Notes under the pieces: model-generated
Told to the model about the DNA's origin: nothing
The model's database searches: none
The model's input: the letters and a program-made list of their open reading frames with translations, nothing else
Shown here: in pieces, positions 17,853 to 26,863 of the stretch
Numbering within the stretch: position 1 is the first letter of the stretch
Layout of the letters: every line of letters starts with the position of its first letter
Program-made: the position numbers and the translations under genes
NCBI GenBank assembly: GCA_964535515.1
Contig: CAZHTA010000004.1
Span: 27,888-68,377 of the forward strand
DNA from: an uncultured Gammaproteobacteria bacterium
GTDB taxonomy: Bacteria; Patescibacteriota; Patescibacteriia; Magasanikbacterales; GWA2-37-8
Direction: 5' to 3'
DNA: 40,490 nucleotides

Positions 17853-18974
17853 ATGAAAGGAAATAGCAGGTTAGTGATAATTAGTTTAGCGTTATTAGTG
17901 CTTGGTGTTTTAAGTCGTAGTGCTTACTTAATTATCTTTGGTATTATTGGTTTGTATATTACTTACAAAAAGAATCAGGCCAGTTATCCAACAGGAACGA
18001 ATTTCCTGGTGGTCATATTTTCTGACCTATTGGATGAATTAAAAAAGAAATATCCACAATTTAATTTGGATAAGTTTTTACATAATATAAAAGTCAACAA
18101 AGTCGATGATAATCAAAATGTTAATTTTAATCGTATGCCTTTGAATAATGCCGGTAGTGCCAAAAAAGTTTTGGGGATAATTTTTGGTGTTATTATCTTA
18201 GTAATTTTAGTTGCTAAGTTTGTTATTGTTATCCCTGCTGGATATGTTGGTGTTTACAACCTGTTTGGTAAAGTAAGTGATCGACCGTTGTATTCAGGTT
18301 TGAATTTTGTTAACCCACTTGGTTCGGTAGAAAAGATGGATGTCAGAATCCAGGATTACACCATGAGTATCGCTCCTAACGAAGGAGCAAAAACAGGGGA
18401 CGATTCGATTTATGCCCTCAGTAAAGAAGGTTTAAGTGTTTCGTTGGACATTACCGTTCTTTATCGTTTGTCTCAAGAAAAAGCACCAGTATTGTTTAAA
18501 GAGATTGGACAGAACTATAGTGAAATTGTTGTTCGTCCAGAAATTCGTAGTGCGATTCGTGAGATAGTGGCCACTTATGATGTAAAAGATATTTATTCAG
18601 AAAAACGAGCGGAAGCTAATCAAAAACTTGTTGATTTACTAAAGAGTAAAGTTGAGCCACGCGGGATAATTATTGAGGAAGTGTTGTTACGTAATGTTCA
18701 GTTGCCAAAAAATTTAGCGGACAGTATTGAGTTAAAATTACAGTCCGAACAAGAAGCTCAGCGTTATGATTTCTTGCTTGAGCAAGAAACAAAAGAAGCG
18801 GAGAGGAAAAGGATCGAAGCTGCTGGCCAGCGAGATTCACAGAAGATTATTAGCGAAGGTTTAACTCCGGCATACTTGCAGTATCTGTATATTACTAGCT
18901 TGAAAGACCGTCAGGGCACGATATATATCCCAACTAATCCAAGCAATGGTTTGCCATCTTTTAAAGGTCTTTAG
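17853..18974 (+). CDS. SPFH/band-7 (prohibitin/HflKC-like) membrane protein
   Basis: N-terminal TM segments plus an SPFH core (VIPAGYVGVYNLFGKV...LNFVNPLGSVEKMDVRIQ) and a coiled-coil C-terminus. Confidence 0.7.
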   Translation: MKGNSRLVIISLALLVLGVLSRSAYLIIFGIIGLYITYKKNQASYPTGTNFLVVIFSDLLDELKKKYPQFNLDKFLHNIKVNKVDDNQNVNFNRMPLNNAGSAKKVLGIIFGVIILVILVAKFVIVIPAGYVGVYNLFGKVSDRPLYSGLNFVNPLGSVEKMDVRIQDYTMSIAPNEGAKTGDDSIYALSKEGLSVSLDITVLYRLSQEKAPVLFKEIGQNYSEIVVRPEIRSAIREIVATYDVKDIYSEKRAEANQKLVDLLKSKVEPRGIIIEEVLLRNVQLPKNLADSIELKLQSEQEAQRYDFLLEQETKEAERKRIEAAGQRDSQKIISEGLTPAYLQYLYITSLKDRQGTIYIPTNPSNGLPSFKGL

Positions 18975-18980
18975 AACGCA

Positions 18981-19009
18981 TTGACAGAAACACGTTTTTG
19001 TGCTATAAT
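18981..19009 (+). promoter_or_regulatory. Near-consensus sigma70 promoter: TTGACA, 17-nt spacer, TGcTATAAT
   Basis: ttgaca at 18981-18986 and tataat at 19004-19009 with a TG extension. It precedes a leader of about 140 nt before the ATG at 19150. Confidence 0.6.
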
Positions 19010-19149
19010 GTCAACAATTAACTTGGGCAATGTAGTAAGGGCCTAAAAGCCAACAGGACGTTCCCAGTATTTCCAGGCTGGATTAAACCAGTCGGAGGTC
19101 GAATTTATCTATCTCAAACAACATTTTGGGAACAAAACAATCAAAATAT

Positions 19150-19479
19150 ATGGCTTTTGGTACTGACAGACAAATGTTTGATGTTGACTTGACCTGTGCT
19201 AAGTGCGGGTCTCACATCGCTCAGTTGCCTTTTCAACCATCTGGTGATCGACCGGTTTACTGTTCTGACTGCAACCGTGCTTTCCGCCAGAGTCGTCCTG
19301 ATGATCGTGGTAGCCGTGGTGGTAGTTTTGGTGGACGCTCAGATGGCCCTCGCCAGATGTACAGCGTTAACCTAAGCTGCGCTTCCTGCGGAACTGCGAT
19401 TACCCAACTACCGTTCCAGCCAACTGGTGATAAGCCAGTTTACTGCCGGGACTGTATGCAGGCTCGTCGTAATGGTTAA
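19150..19479 (+). CDS. Small tandem-duplicated zinc-ribbon protein: two CxxC-x17-CxxC units joined by an RGG-like linker
   Basis: Repeat 1 is DLTCAKCGSHIAQLPFQPSGDRPVYCSDC. Repeat 2 is NLSCASCGTAITQLPFQPTGDKPVYCRDC. The linker is RGSRGGSFGGRSDG. G+C is visibly higher than in neighbouring genes. The listed ORF starts at a TTG (19126); the first ATG is at 19150. Confidence 0.55.
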   Translation: MAFGTDRQMFDVDLTCAKCGSHIAQLPFQPSGDRPVYCSDCNRAFRQSRPDDRGSRGGSFGGRSDGPRQMYSVNLSCASCGTAITQLPFQPTGDKPVYCRDCMQARRNG

Positions 19480-19491
19480 AATGGAAATCAA

Positions 19492-19524
19492 ATCCTCTCG
19501 AGTAATATCGGGAGGATTTTTTTA
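19492..19524 (+). terminator. Rho-independent terminator
   Basis: Stem atcctctcg pairs with cgggaggat (one G-U pair) around an 8-nt loop, followed by T7. Confidence 0.55.
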
Positions 19525-19527
19525 ATC

Positions 19528-19555
19528 TTGAAAAAAACATTAAAGCTGGTATAAT
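19528..19555 (+). promoter_or_regulatory. Sigma70-type promoter: TTGAAA, 16-nt spacer, TGgTATAAT. The ATG at 19564 lies 8 nt past the -10, so the transcript would be leaderless.
   Basis: ttgaaa at 19528-19533 and tggtataat at 19547-19555. Confidence 0.45.
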
Positions 19556-19563
19556 ACTTCAAT

Positions 19564-20184
19564 ATGTATACTAAAAAAGAAAAAGAGCTTGTTTCCTATA
19601 CACGCAATAAAGTGCGTGAACTTTTTGCTAACTATCCAGCTCCAGCACATGGTTTTGACCATGTTGTTAGAGTTACAAATTGGGCCAAGTTAATTGCCAC
19701 TAAAGAAAAGGCAAATCCTTTTTTATCGGAAATGAGCGGTTGGTTGCATGATGTGGGTCGTACTTTAGAAACAGGTGCTAATTTGATGAGTGAGCATCAT
19801 GAATTGTCATATGAAATGTGTCAGAAATGGTTTAAAGAGGATGAAGTGTTACGTGGTGGTTTAACCAAACAACAGAAGTTAGTTATTCTTTATTCGGTTC
19901 GTTATCATTGGAACAACGCGGCAGAAAAATATCCAGAGGCTTGGGTTTTACGAGATGCGGATAAGATAGACGCTCTGGGGTTAGTTGGTATTAAGCGTTT
20001 GCAAAAATTTTGTGATGGCGACATGAAGAAAGTCGATTTTGGTCTTCGACTTTTTTACGATAACTTTTATTGGTTAAAAACCAAAGCTGCTAGAGATATT
20101 GTTAAGAAAAGAGGTTTAGAGAAAGAAACTAATCGTTTTTATCTCAATTTTTTGCGTAAGATGGTTAAACCAGTGGAATTGTAA
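19564..20184 (+). CDS. HD-domain phosphohydrolase
   Basis: HGFDHVVRV...WLHDVGR gives the H..H, HD and D motifs. Confidence 0.65.
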   Translation: MYTKKEKELVSYTRNKVRELFANYPAPAHGFDHVVRVTNWAKLIATKEKANPFLSEMSGWLHDVGRTLETGANLMSEHHELSYEMCQKWFKEDEVLRGGLTKQQKLVILYSVRYHWNNAAEKYPEAWVLRDADKIDALGLVGIKRLQKFCDGDMKKVDFGLRLFYDNFYWLKTKAARDIVKKRGLEKETNRFYLNFLRKMVKPVEL

Positions 20185-20189
20185 GTGAT

Positions 20190-21257
20190 ATGGTTTTAAA
20201 GAAAAAAGAGAAAATTTTAGTTGCCATGAGTGGCGGAGTTGATTCATCGGTTGTTGCTGCGCTGTTAGTTAAGGTGGGATATGATGTCACCGGCGCATAC
20301 ATGGTTAATTACGACGGTCAATTACCAGGCGGTGAATCTTGTTGGCATGGTGATTATCAGGATGCTTTGCGAGTGGCAGCTCATCTTGGTATTTCTTTAA
20401 TTCGTTTAGATTTTGTACCAGAGTACAAAAAGTCTGTTTTGGATTATCTTTTTAAAGAGTATTCTGCCGGACGTACACCTAATCCAGATGTGATGTGTAA
20501 CAAGTTTGTTAAGTTTGGTTTTTGGTTAAAGGCGATGGAAAAGTTGGGGTTTGATAAATTAGCGACTGGACATTATGCAAATTTGGTTAAGCGTGGTGGC
20601 GGGTTTAAATTGTTAGAAGCAAAAGATAAGAATAAGGATCAAACATATTTTCTTCATCAATTAAACCAAAAACAATTAAGCAAGGTTTTATTTCCAATTG
20701 GTGGGTACACTAAAGATGAGGTGAGAAAGCTGGCGAGGAAATTTAATTTGCCGACAGCCGAAAAGGAAGAGAGTATGGGAATTTGTTTTATTGGTGAAGT
20801 TTCAATGCGGGATTTTCTAAAAGGCAAGGTAAAAGCTAAGCCAGGGAAGATTGTTAATACCAGCGGTGAGATTATTGGCGAACATACTGGTTTGCCGTTC
20901 TATACTATTGGTGAACGGGGTTTAAATTTAGATAAAAGTGGTGGCCAGCCATATTTTGTAGTGGAAAAGAATGTAAAAAAGAATCAGTTGGTTGTTGGAT
21001 TTGAAGATGATCCGGCTTTGTTTAAAAAAGAGGTACTAATTAAAACATTGAATTGGGTTAGTGGACAAACACCTAAATTTCCGTTAAAATGCCAGATAAG
21101 GATGCGACATCGTCAGTCGCTAGTTAATTGTATTTTGAACAACAAGGGACGTGATATTTTAATTAATTTTAATAAACCAGAACGAGCAGTCACCCCCGGT
21201 CAGTTTGCAGTATTTTACAAGAATGGTGAATGTTTGGGTGGGGGAGCTGTTAAGTAG
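20190..21257 (+). CDS. mnmA: tRNA-specific 2-thiouridylase MnmA
   Basis: PP-loop VAMSGGVDSSV, overall length and the conserved C-terminal region. Confidence 0.8.
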   Translation: MVLKKKEKILVAMSGGVDSSVVAALLVKVGYDVTGAYMVNYDGQLPGGESCWHGDYQDALRVAAHLGISLIRLDFVPEYKKSVLDYLFKEYSAGRTPNPDVMCNKFVKFGFWLKAMEKLGFDKLATGHYANLVKRGGGFKLLEAKDKNKDQTYFLHQLNQKQLSKVLFPIGGYTKDEVRKLARKFNLPTAEKEESMGICFIGEVSMRDFLKGKVKAKPGKIVNTSGEIIGEHTGLPFYTIGERGLNLDKSGGQPYFVVEKNVKKNQLVVGFEDDPALFKKEVLIKTLNWVSGQTPKFPLKCQIRMRHRQSLVNCILNNKGRDILINFNKPERAVTPGQFAVFYKNGECLGGGAVK

Positions 21258-21260
21258 ATT

Positions 21261-21953
21261 ATGAAGATTGGTTTTAATACAAGCCAGATAGATGTTGTCT
21301 CTCTTGATCAAAAAATTAAATTATTTTTAGAGTTAGGATGCAATGCTATAGAATTTAGTATGGCCTATCTCGAGAGAGAAAAGCAATTGGCGGAAAACTG
21401 GGACAAAGTACCTTGGGATAAATTTGTTTATAAGTCATTGCACGCGCCAGTTCGAGATACTGCTTATAAAGATGATCAAGGTACTCATGATTTATTGGGC
21501 AGACTAGAAAAATTACAGGAGAAATATGGTTTTGATTTAATGGTTTTTCATCCGGATGTTGTAGAAGATTTTTCAATTTTTAAAAGGTACAACCTCCCGG
21601 TTGCTTTTGAAAATATGGATAATAGGAAAAAGACAGCAAGAGACGTGGAAAGTTTCAAAGGAATTTTTTCTTTAATTGATGCAGCGATGGTGTTAGATTT
21701 GAGTCATTGCTATGTTAATGATAATTCGATGAATTTGGCCAATGAATTTTATTTAAATTTTAAAGACAGGATTAAAGAAATCCACTTAAGTGGCCACAGC
21801 ACATTGCACGATCCGTTATACAAGACGAAACAAATAGAAATAATCAAAGCTATTCCAAATAAAGAGATTCCGATTATTATTGAAAGTCTGCAGGAGACCA
21901 TGGATGATGTTAAAAAGGAGTTTGCGTACGTTACAGATATTTTGAATAAATAA
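21261..21953 (+). CDS. Xylose-isomerase-like TIM-barrel protein (sugar phosphate isomerase/epimerase or AP-endonuclease-2 fold)
   Basis: Dispersed HAP, FEN, LDLSHC and HLSGHS motif pattern of the family. Weak assignment. Confidence 0.35.
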   Translation: MKIGFNTSQIDVVSLDQKIKLFLELGCNAIEFSMAYLEREKQLAENWDKVPWDKFVYKSLHAPVRDTAYKDDQGTHDLLGRLEKLQEKYGFDLMVFHPDVVEDFSIFKRYNLPVAFENMDNRKKTARDVESFKGIFSLIDAAMVLDLSHCYVNDNSMNLANEFYLNFKDRIKEIHLSGHSTLHDPLYKTKQIEIIKAIPNKEIPIIIESLQETMDDVKKEFAYVTDILNK

Positions 21954-21954
21954 T

Positions 21955-23808
21955 ATGATTACCTCAGTACAACTTCGTGAAAAATATTTAGAGTTTTTTA
22001 AAAGCAAAGGGCATGGAGTGATCCCCTCGGCTTCTTTGATTCCAGAAAATGATCCAACAGTATTGTTTACTACTGCAGGTATGCATCCATTGGTGCCGTA
22101 TTTACTTGGAGAAAAGCATCCTTCTGGTACACGGTTGGTTAATGTACAAAAATGTATTCGTACTCAAGATATTGATGAAGTAGGAGACAATCGTCATGAT
22201 ACTTTCTTTGAAATGATGGGAAATTGGTCTTTGGGTGATTATTTTAAAAAAGAAGCAATTGAGTGGAGTTTTGAATTTTTAACTAATAAAGAAACTGGTT
22301 TGGGGCTAGATATTAATAAGTTGGCGGTTTCAGTGTTTGCTGGGGATGATAATGCTCCACGTGATGAAGAATCAGCGGGTATTTGGAAATCACTGGGTAT
22401 GCCAGAGGAACGTATCGCCTATTTACCTAAAAGTAATAACTGGTGGGGACCAGCTGGTCAGACTGGTCCTTGTGGACCAGATACAGAAATGTTTTTTTGG
22501 AAAGGTGAAGGTGAATATCCACCGGCTGGTAGTAATCCTGGCACAGATGAAGATAACTGGTTGGAGATCTGGAATGATGTGTTTATGGAATATGAGAAAA
22601 CAAAAGAAGGCACATTTGTTCAACTTAAACAAAAGAACGTTGACACTGGTATGGGTTTAGAGCGTACATTAATGACGTTGAATGGTTTTGCTGATGTTTT
22701 TCAAATTGACACTTTTTGGCCGTTAATTCAAAAAATTCAAGATATTTCGGGGCATGAATATATTGAAAGTGTAGCGGTAACCAAGTCCATGCGTATTATT
22801 GCTGACCATATTCGTACGGCTACAATGATTACGGGGGATGACCATAGTATTGCTCCAAGTAATGTTGATCAGGGATATATTGTTCGCCGTATGATTCGTC
22901 GGGCAGTACGTCATGGGCGTAGTCTTGGTATTACTGAAAATTTTTGTTCTCAAATTGCTGGTGAGGTAATTAAAATATTTACAGAAGTTTATCCAGAAGT
23001 AGCACGTAACAAAGAATTCGTTTTAACGGAAATTGCTAAAGAAGAAAGTAAGTTTAGAAATACTATTGAGCAGGGTTTGAAAGAATTTGAAAAATTGATT
23101 AATGGTTTTAGAATTGCTTTTGAAAAAACTGGTCGTCAGATGGAAGAAATTTCTGGTAAGCAAGCTTTCAAGCTTTTTGATACCTATGGTTTTCCTTTGG
23201 AGATGACACAAGAACTTGCTTTAGAAAACAATTTAAAAGTTAATGTGGCAGAATTTGAAGAAGCATTTAAAGCGCACCAAAGTTTGTCGCGTGCGGGTGC
23301 TGAACAGAAATTTAAGGGTGGTTTGGCTGATACTTCTGAGATGTCCACAAAATATCATACAGCAACACATTTATTGCAAGCGGCATTGCGTACAGTGCTA
23401 GGAAATCATATTGGTCAAAAAGGGAGCAACATCACAGCTGAACGGTTACGTTTTGATTTTTCGCATCCCGAAAAAATGACTGATGAACAGAAAAAGCAGG
23501 TAGAAGATTTGGTAAATTATGCTATTCAACATAATTACGAAGTGACTTTTGAGGAAATGAGTTTGGAGGACGCGGAGAAGCGCAATGCCACCGGTTTGTT
23601 TGTTGATCGCTATGGCGCCAAAGTTAAGGTGTATTCAGTCGGTGATCCTTTAACTCCACCGGCAGCACATGAGAATTCACTTACGTTTAGTAAGGAAGTG
23701 TGCGGTGGTCCACACGTAGAACACACTGGTGTATTAGGAACTTTCAAGATTATTAAAGAAGAAGCGGTTTCATCGGGTGTGCGTCGTATTAAAGCAATTT
23801 TAGAATAA
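21955..23808 (+). CDS. alaS: Alanyl-tRNA synthetase, short form of 617 aa lacking the C-Ala domain
   Basis: N-terminus LREKYLEFFKSKGHGVIPSASLIPENDPTVLFTTAGM. Editing-domain motifs HTATHLLQAALR and CGGPHVEHTG are present. Confidence 0.8.
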   Translation: MITSVQLREKYLEFFKSKGHGVIPSASLIPENDPTVLFTTAGMHPLVPYLLGEKHPSGTRLVNVQKCIRTQDIDEVGDNRHDTFFEMMGNWSLGDYFKKEAIEWSFEFLTNKETGLGLDINKLAVSVFAGDDNAPRDEESAGIWKSLGMPEERIAYLPKSNNWWGPAGQTGPCGPDTEMFFWKGEGEYPPAGSNPGTDEDNWLEIWNDVFMEYEKTKEGTFVQLKQKNVDTGMGLERTLMTLNGFADVFQIDTFWPLIQKIQDISGHEYIESVAVTKSMRIIADHIRTATMITGDDHSIAPSNVDQGYIVRRMIRRAVRHGRSLGITENFCSQIAGEVIKIFTEVYPEVARNKEFVLTEIAKEESKFRNTIEQGLKEFEKLINGFRIAFEKTGRQMEEISGKQAFKLFDTYGFPLEMTQELALENNLKVNVAEFEEAFKAHQSLSRAGAEQKFKGGLADTSEMSTKYHTATHLLQAALRTVLGNHIGQKGSNITAERLRFDFSHPEKMTDEQKKQVEDLVNYAIQHNYEVTFEEMSLEDAEKRNATGLFVDRYGAKVKVYSVGDPLTPPAAHENSLTFSKEVCGGPHVEHTGVLGTFKIIKEEAVSSGVRRIKAILE

Positions 23809-23809
23809 A

Positions 23810-24277
23810 ATGGTAAAAAGATTTATTTGTTATCTTTGGAAAAAGAAGTTTCTACAATATTCTATTGTTGGAAGCTCTGCTTTTGTTTTAGATTTTGCTT
23901 CGTTGATTATTTTGAAAGAAGTTTTTAATTTTAATCCGATTGTGGCAGTAGCAGTGGATCAGATTATTACAATTAATTATGTTTTCTTTTTAAATAAGTA
24001 TTGGTCATTTAAATCTAACGGTCAAACAACTAAGCAGTTAGTTAAATTTTTAGTTTTGATGCTTTGGAATTATGTTTTCGCTGTTTTTTGGATGTGGTTG
24101 TTCACAAGTGTAGTTTCTTTTTCTATAGAAGTAAGTTTGTTTGGCAAAACACGTGATCTTTGGTATTTGGTAGTTAGACTAGCGAATATCCTTTTGGCCA
24201 TCAGTTGGAACTTTTTAATTTACAAATATTGGGTGTACAAGGCAGAAGTTTTGGAAAACAAAAATCCGACCGCATAA
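23810..24277 (+). CDS. GtrA-family small membrane protein
   Basis: Four predicted TM segments and a GtrA-like pattern (VGSSAFVLDFASL...NKYWSFKS). Confidence 0.55.
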   Translation: MVKRFICYLWKKKFLQYSIVGSSAFVLDFASLIILKEVFNFNPIVAVAVDQIITINYVFFLNKYWSFKSNGQTTKQLVKFLVLMLWNYVFAVFWMWLFTSVVSFSIEVSLFGKTRDLWYLVVRLANILLAISWNFLIYKYWVYKAEVLENKNPTA

Positions 24278-24394
24278 AACCTCCTGCTTTGTCTCCAAAT
24301 ATTTAGAGATAAAACAGTAGGGCGGTCGGATATGTATCCTTTGTCCCACTGCGCTCTGGATCGAACGATCCTGGGCGGGGGGGCACGGGCCTCT

Positions 24395-24616
24395 TCAGTC
24401 GTTGCGCTCGATCGGCTCGCCGTCGGACTCGGTGCGTACGCGATGGTGTGCGCCAGCCCAGGTGCGAAGAACGCCGCGACTGCCTTCGGTGCCACGAAGA
24501 TGTCGCACAGACGGCGGGGTCGAGACGTCTTTGGCTTTGGCCGCACGTTCGAGGATCTCTTCCCAGCAGTCCGCGCACGGAGCCGTTTCCGAACAGTCCG
24601 GATTGTTGCAAGGCAT
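24395..24616 (-). CDS. High-GC small Cys-rich ORF of 73 aa within a foreign-looking island. Function unknown.
   Basis: MPCNNPDCSETAPCADCWEE... has four Cys spaced C-x4-C-x6-C-x2-C. Elevated GC3, with AAAGGG upstream of the ATG. Several overlapping ORFs occupy the same island, so the frame choice is tentative. Confidence 0.25.
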   Translation of the reverse strand: MPCNNPDCSETAPCADCWEEILERAAKAKDVSTPPSVRHLRGTEGSRGVLRTWAGAHHRVRTESDGEPIERND

Positions 24617-24763
24617 TATGATGCCCTTTCAAAAGTTGAAGGATAAAACTATTAAACATTAAAAAAAGTGTTTAGTCAAGAACTGTGGGTTAATTAGAAA
24701 AATACTAAATTTATGCATATTTAAGCCAAAAAACGGCAAAAATAGTCGAATTTTGCCTAACTA

Positions 24764-24792
24764 TTGACAAAAAAAGGGTTTTATATTAAAAT
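24764..24792 (+). promoter_or_regulatory. Candidate promoter of the infA-rpmJ-rps cluster: TTGACA, 17-nt spacer, TAAAAT
   Basis: ttgaca at 24764-24769 and taaaat at 24787-24792. Confidence 0.4.
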
Positions 24793-24811
24793 ATTGAATG
24801 TAATTTTTTAC

Positions 24812-25030
24812 ATGGTTGGAAAACAAGATACAATCGAAATCAAGGGTGTAATTGAAGAGCTTTTGCCGGCTGGTACTTTCCGAGTAAAATTGGAAAGCGG
24901 CCAGACTATCATTGCTCATCTCTCTGGTAAAATGCGGATGAACAAAATCCGTTTGAGCCTAGGAGACACGGTCAAAATGGAAATGACCCCATACGATTTA
25001 ACCAAGGGGAGAATCACGTTTCGATTCTAA
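24812..25030 (+). CDS. infA: Translation initiation factor IF-1
   Basis: [42 protein letters not shown]...ITFRF. The listed ORF begins at a TTG inside the promoter; the ATG is at 24812. Confidence 0.85.
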   Translation: MVGKQDTIEIKGVIEELLPAGTFRVKLESGQTIIAHLSGKMRMNKIRLSLGDTVKMEMTPYDLTKGRITFRF

Positions 25031-25211
25031 GGACAAATTAAAATTCAACAAACTAATCAACCAGTGCGGTGTAGTTTGGCTCAGTAATCTGATTTCGATC
25101 AGACGAAAAGAGTCGGACGCGGATATCGCGGCAGTGGTTGGTGTTTTTGCATTATACACAATTTATTAAGCTATTTAATTAATATACACTTTAGTATTTA
25201 AGTAATCTACT

Positions 25212-25325
25212 ATGAAAGTGCAAGCGTCCGTAAAGAAAATTTGCATGAAGTGCAAAACCGTTCGTCGCAAAGGTCGGATATTCGTTATTTGTTCCAATCC
25301 TAAACATAAACAACGTCAGGGTTAA
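25212..25325 (+). CDS. rpmJ: 50S ribosomal protein L36
   Basis: Encodes [37 protein letters not shown], in the canonical infA-rpmJ-rpsM order. It is too short for the ORF track. Confidence 0.85.
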   Translation: MKVQASVKKICMKCKTVRRKGRIFVICSNPKHKQRQG

Positions 25326-25339
25326 TTTTACATACATTT

Positions 25340-25723
25340 ATGCGTATCGCTAGTACAAACATTCCTAACGAGAAAAAAATCGGCATTTCCCTACGCTATA
25401 TTTTTGGCATAGGTCCTACTTTAGCTAAAAGTGTTTTAGCTCAAGCTGGTGTAGATCCAGAGAAAAGAACAAAGGATCTTACTGAGGCCGAACAAGACAA
25501 ACTACGAGCAATCGTAGAAAAAGGTCATAAAACCGAAGGTGACTTACGTCGCGAAATCATGTCCAACATTAAACGCTTGAAAGATATCAAGTGTTATCGC
25601 GGCATTCGCCATATGCGTCACTTACCGGTTCGTGGTCAACGCACCAAGACGAACTCTCGTACTGTGCGTGGCAACACCAGAAAGACCGCTGTTTCCGGAA
25701 AGAAACCGGTTTCTAAGACCTAA
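25340..25723 (+). CDS. rpsM: 30S ribosomal protein S13
   Basis: [33 protein letters not shown]. Confidence 0.9.
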   Translation: MRIASTNIPNEKKIGISLRYIFGIGPTLAKSVLAQAGVDPEKRTKDLTEAEQDKLRAIVEKGHKTEGDLRREIMSNIKRLKDIKCYRGIRHMRHLPVRGQRTKTNSRTVRGNTRKTAVSGKKPVSKT

Positions 25724-25737
25724 TTTTTACTAATATT

Positions 25738-26199
25738 ATGACTGAAGAAGTAAAAAATTCTCCCGTCGTGGCTGCTGCTGAACCAGCTAAGGCCGAAGGG
25801 GAGAAAGGAAAAAAGGTAGCAAAGGCAAAAAAGAAGAAGACCGTTGCTCGTCAAGTGCCACGTGCTAATGCTTATATCCAAGCTACTTACAACAATACTA
25901 TCATTACCATGACTGATTTAAACGGCAACGTTTTAGGTTGGTCATCTTCTGGTAAAGTAGGTTTTAAAGGTCCAAAGAAAGCTACTCCTTATGCCGCTTC
26001 CTTGGTTGCCAAAGATTTGGCTGAGAAGATTATCGATTACGGCATCAAAGAAGTGAGTGCTTTTGTTAAAGGTATTGGCGGTGGTCGTGAAGGTGCGATT
26101 CGCGCTTTACACACCAACGGCTTTAATGTGGTATCAATTAACGATGTTACTCCGATCCCACATAATGGTTGCCGTCCTCCTAAACGCCGTCGCGTTTAA
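25738..26199 (+). CDS. rpsK: 30S ribosomal protein S11, with an N-terminal Lys/Ala-rich extension of about 20 aa
   Basis: [38 protein letters not shown]. Confidence 0.9.
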   Translation: MTEEVKNSPVVAAAEPAKAEGEKGKKVAKAKKKKTVARQVPRANAYIQATYNNTIITMTDLNGNVLGWSSSGKVGFKGPKKATPYAASLVAKDLAEKIIDYGIKEVSAFVKGIGGGREGAIRALHTNGFNVVSINDVTPIPHNGCRPPKRRRV

Positions 26200-26220
26200 C
26201 AAGTAATTAATTCTTGAAAT

Positions 26221-26847
26221 ATGCCTAATTTAGATCGACAATGTTCTCAATGCCGTCGTGCCAAAGAAAAGCTTTTCTTAAAAGGGGACAAGTGTGCTGG
26301 ACCAAAATGTCCAATGCTAAAACGTCCTTATGCTCCTGGTCAACATGGACCAAACAAAAAAGGTGCTCGTAAGCTTTCTGATTACGGAAAACAGTTGAAA
26401 GAGAAACAAGAAGCAAAACGCAGCTATGGTTTACGCGAACGTCAGTTTGCTAACTATGTTGTTGAAGCTTCTGGTAAGACTGGTGATACCGGTAAATTCC
26501 TTTTACAATATTTAGAATCCCGTTTAGATAATGTGGTATACCGCATGGGCTTAGCCAAATCACGTGCACTTGCACGTCAGTTGACTAACCATGGTCATAT
26601 CACTGTAAACGGTAAAAAAGTTGATATTCCTTCTTATCGCGTCCGCGTTGGTGAGGTTATCGCCTTATCACCAAAGGCCATGAAAAAGAAGTCGTTTGAG
26701 AATATCAGCGAAATTTTGAGTAAAGTTGAAGCGCCAATTTGGTTAGGGCTTGAAGCCAAAACCGCTAGCGCTAAGATTTTAAACACACCTTCAGTTGAGA
26801 GTACACCATTCTCAGCGAAGATGATCATTGAGTTTTATTCTCGTTAA
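26221..26847 (+). CDS. rpsD: 30S ribosomal protein S4
   Basis: Zinc-ribbon N-terminus CSQCRRAKEKLFLKGDKCAGPKCP plus the S4 domain. Confidence 0.9.
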   Translation: MPNLDRQCSQCRRAKEKLFLKGDKCAGPKCPMLKRPYAPGQHGPNKKGARKLSDYGKQLKEKQEAKRSYGLRERQFANYVVEASGKTGDTGKFLLQYLESRLDNVVYRMGLAKSRALARQLTNHGHITVNGKKVDIPSYRVRVGEVIALSPKAMKKKSFENISEILSKVEAPIWLGLEAKTASAKILNTPSVESTPFSAKMIIEFYSR

Positions 26848-26863
26848 TTATTAATTCTATTTT

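Noticed and set aside
19126-19149. N-terminal extensions in the ORF track that begin at TTG/GTG: 19126, 24764, 11534, 2944, 28778, 30846, 37349 and 14154
   Set aside because: These extensions overlap promoters, terminators or the upstream gene. The downstream ATG gives canonical N-termini, for example MVGKQD for IF-1.
24330-24400. Possible tRNA or tRNA fragment as an integration target next to island 2 (ggatcgaacgatcc hairpin)
   Set aside because: The hairpin has a 4-nt loop and no T-loop consensus. There is no acceptor or anticodon arm, so no cloverleaf could be built.
25031-25211. Structured RNA or tRNA in the infA-rpmJ spacer (ctgatTTCGatcag UUCG-tetraloop hairpin and cgcg-gatat-cgcg)
   Set aside because: Only short hairpins followed by a T-run are present. 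This is more consistent with an attenuator or weak terminator than with an RNA gene, and it could not be substantiated.
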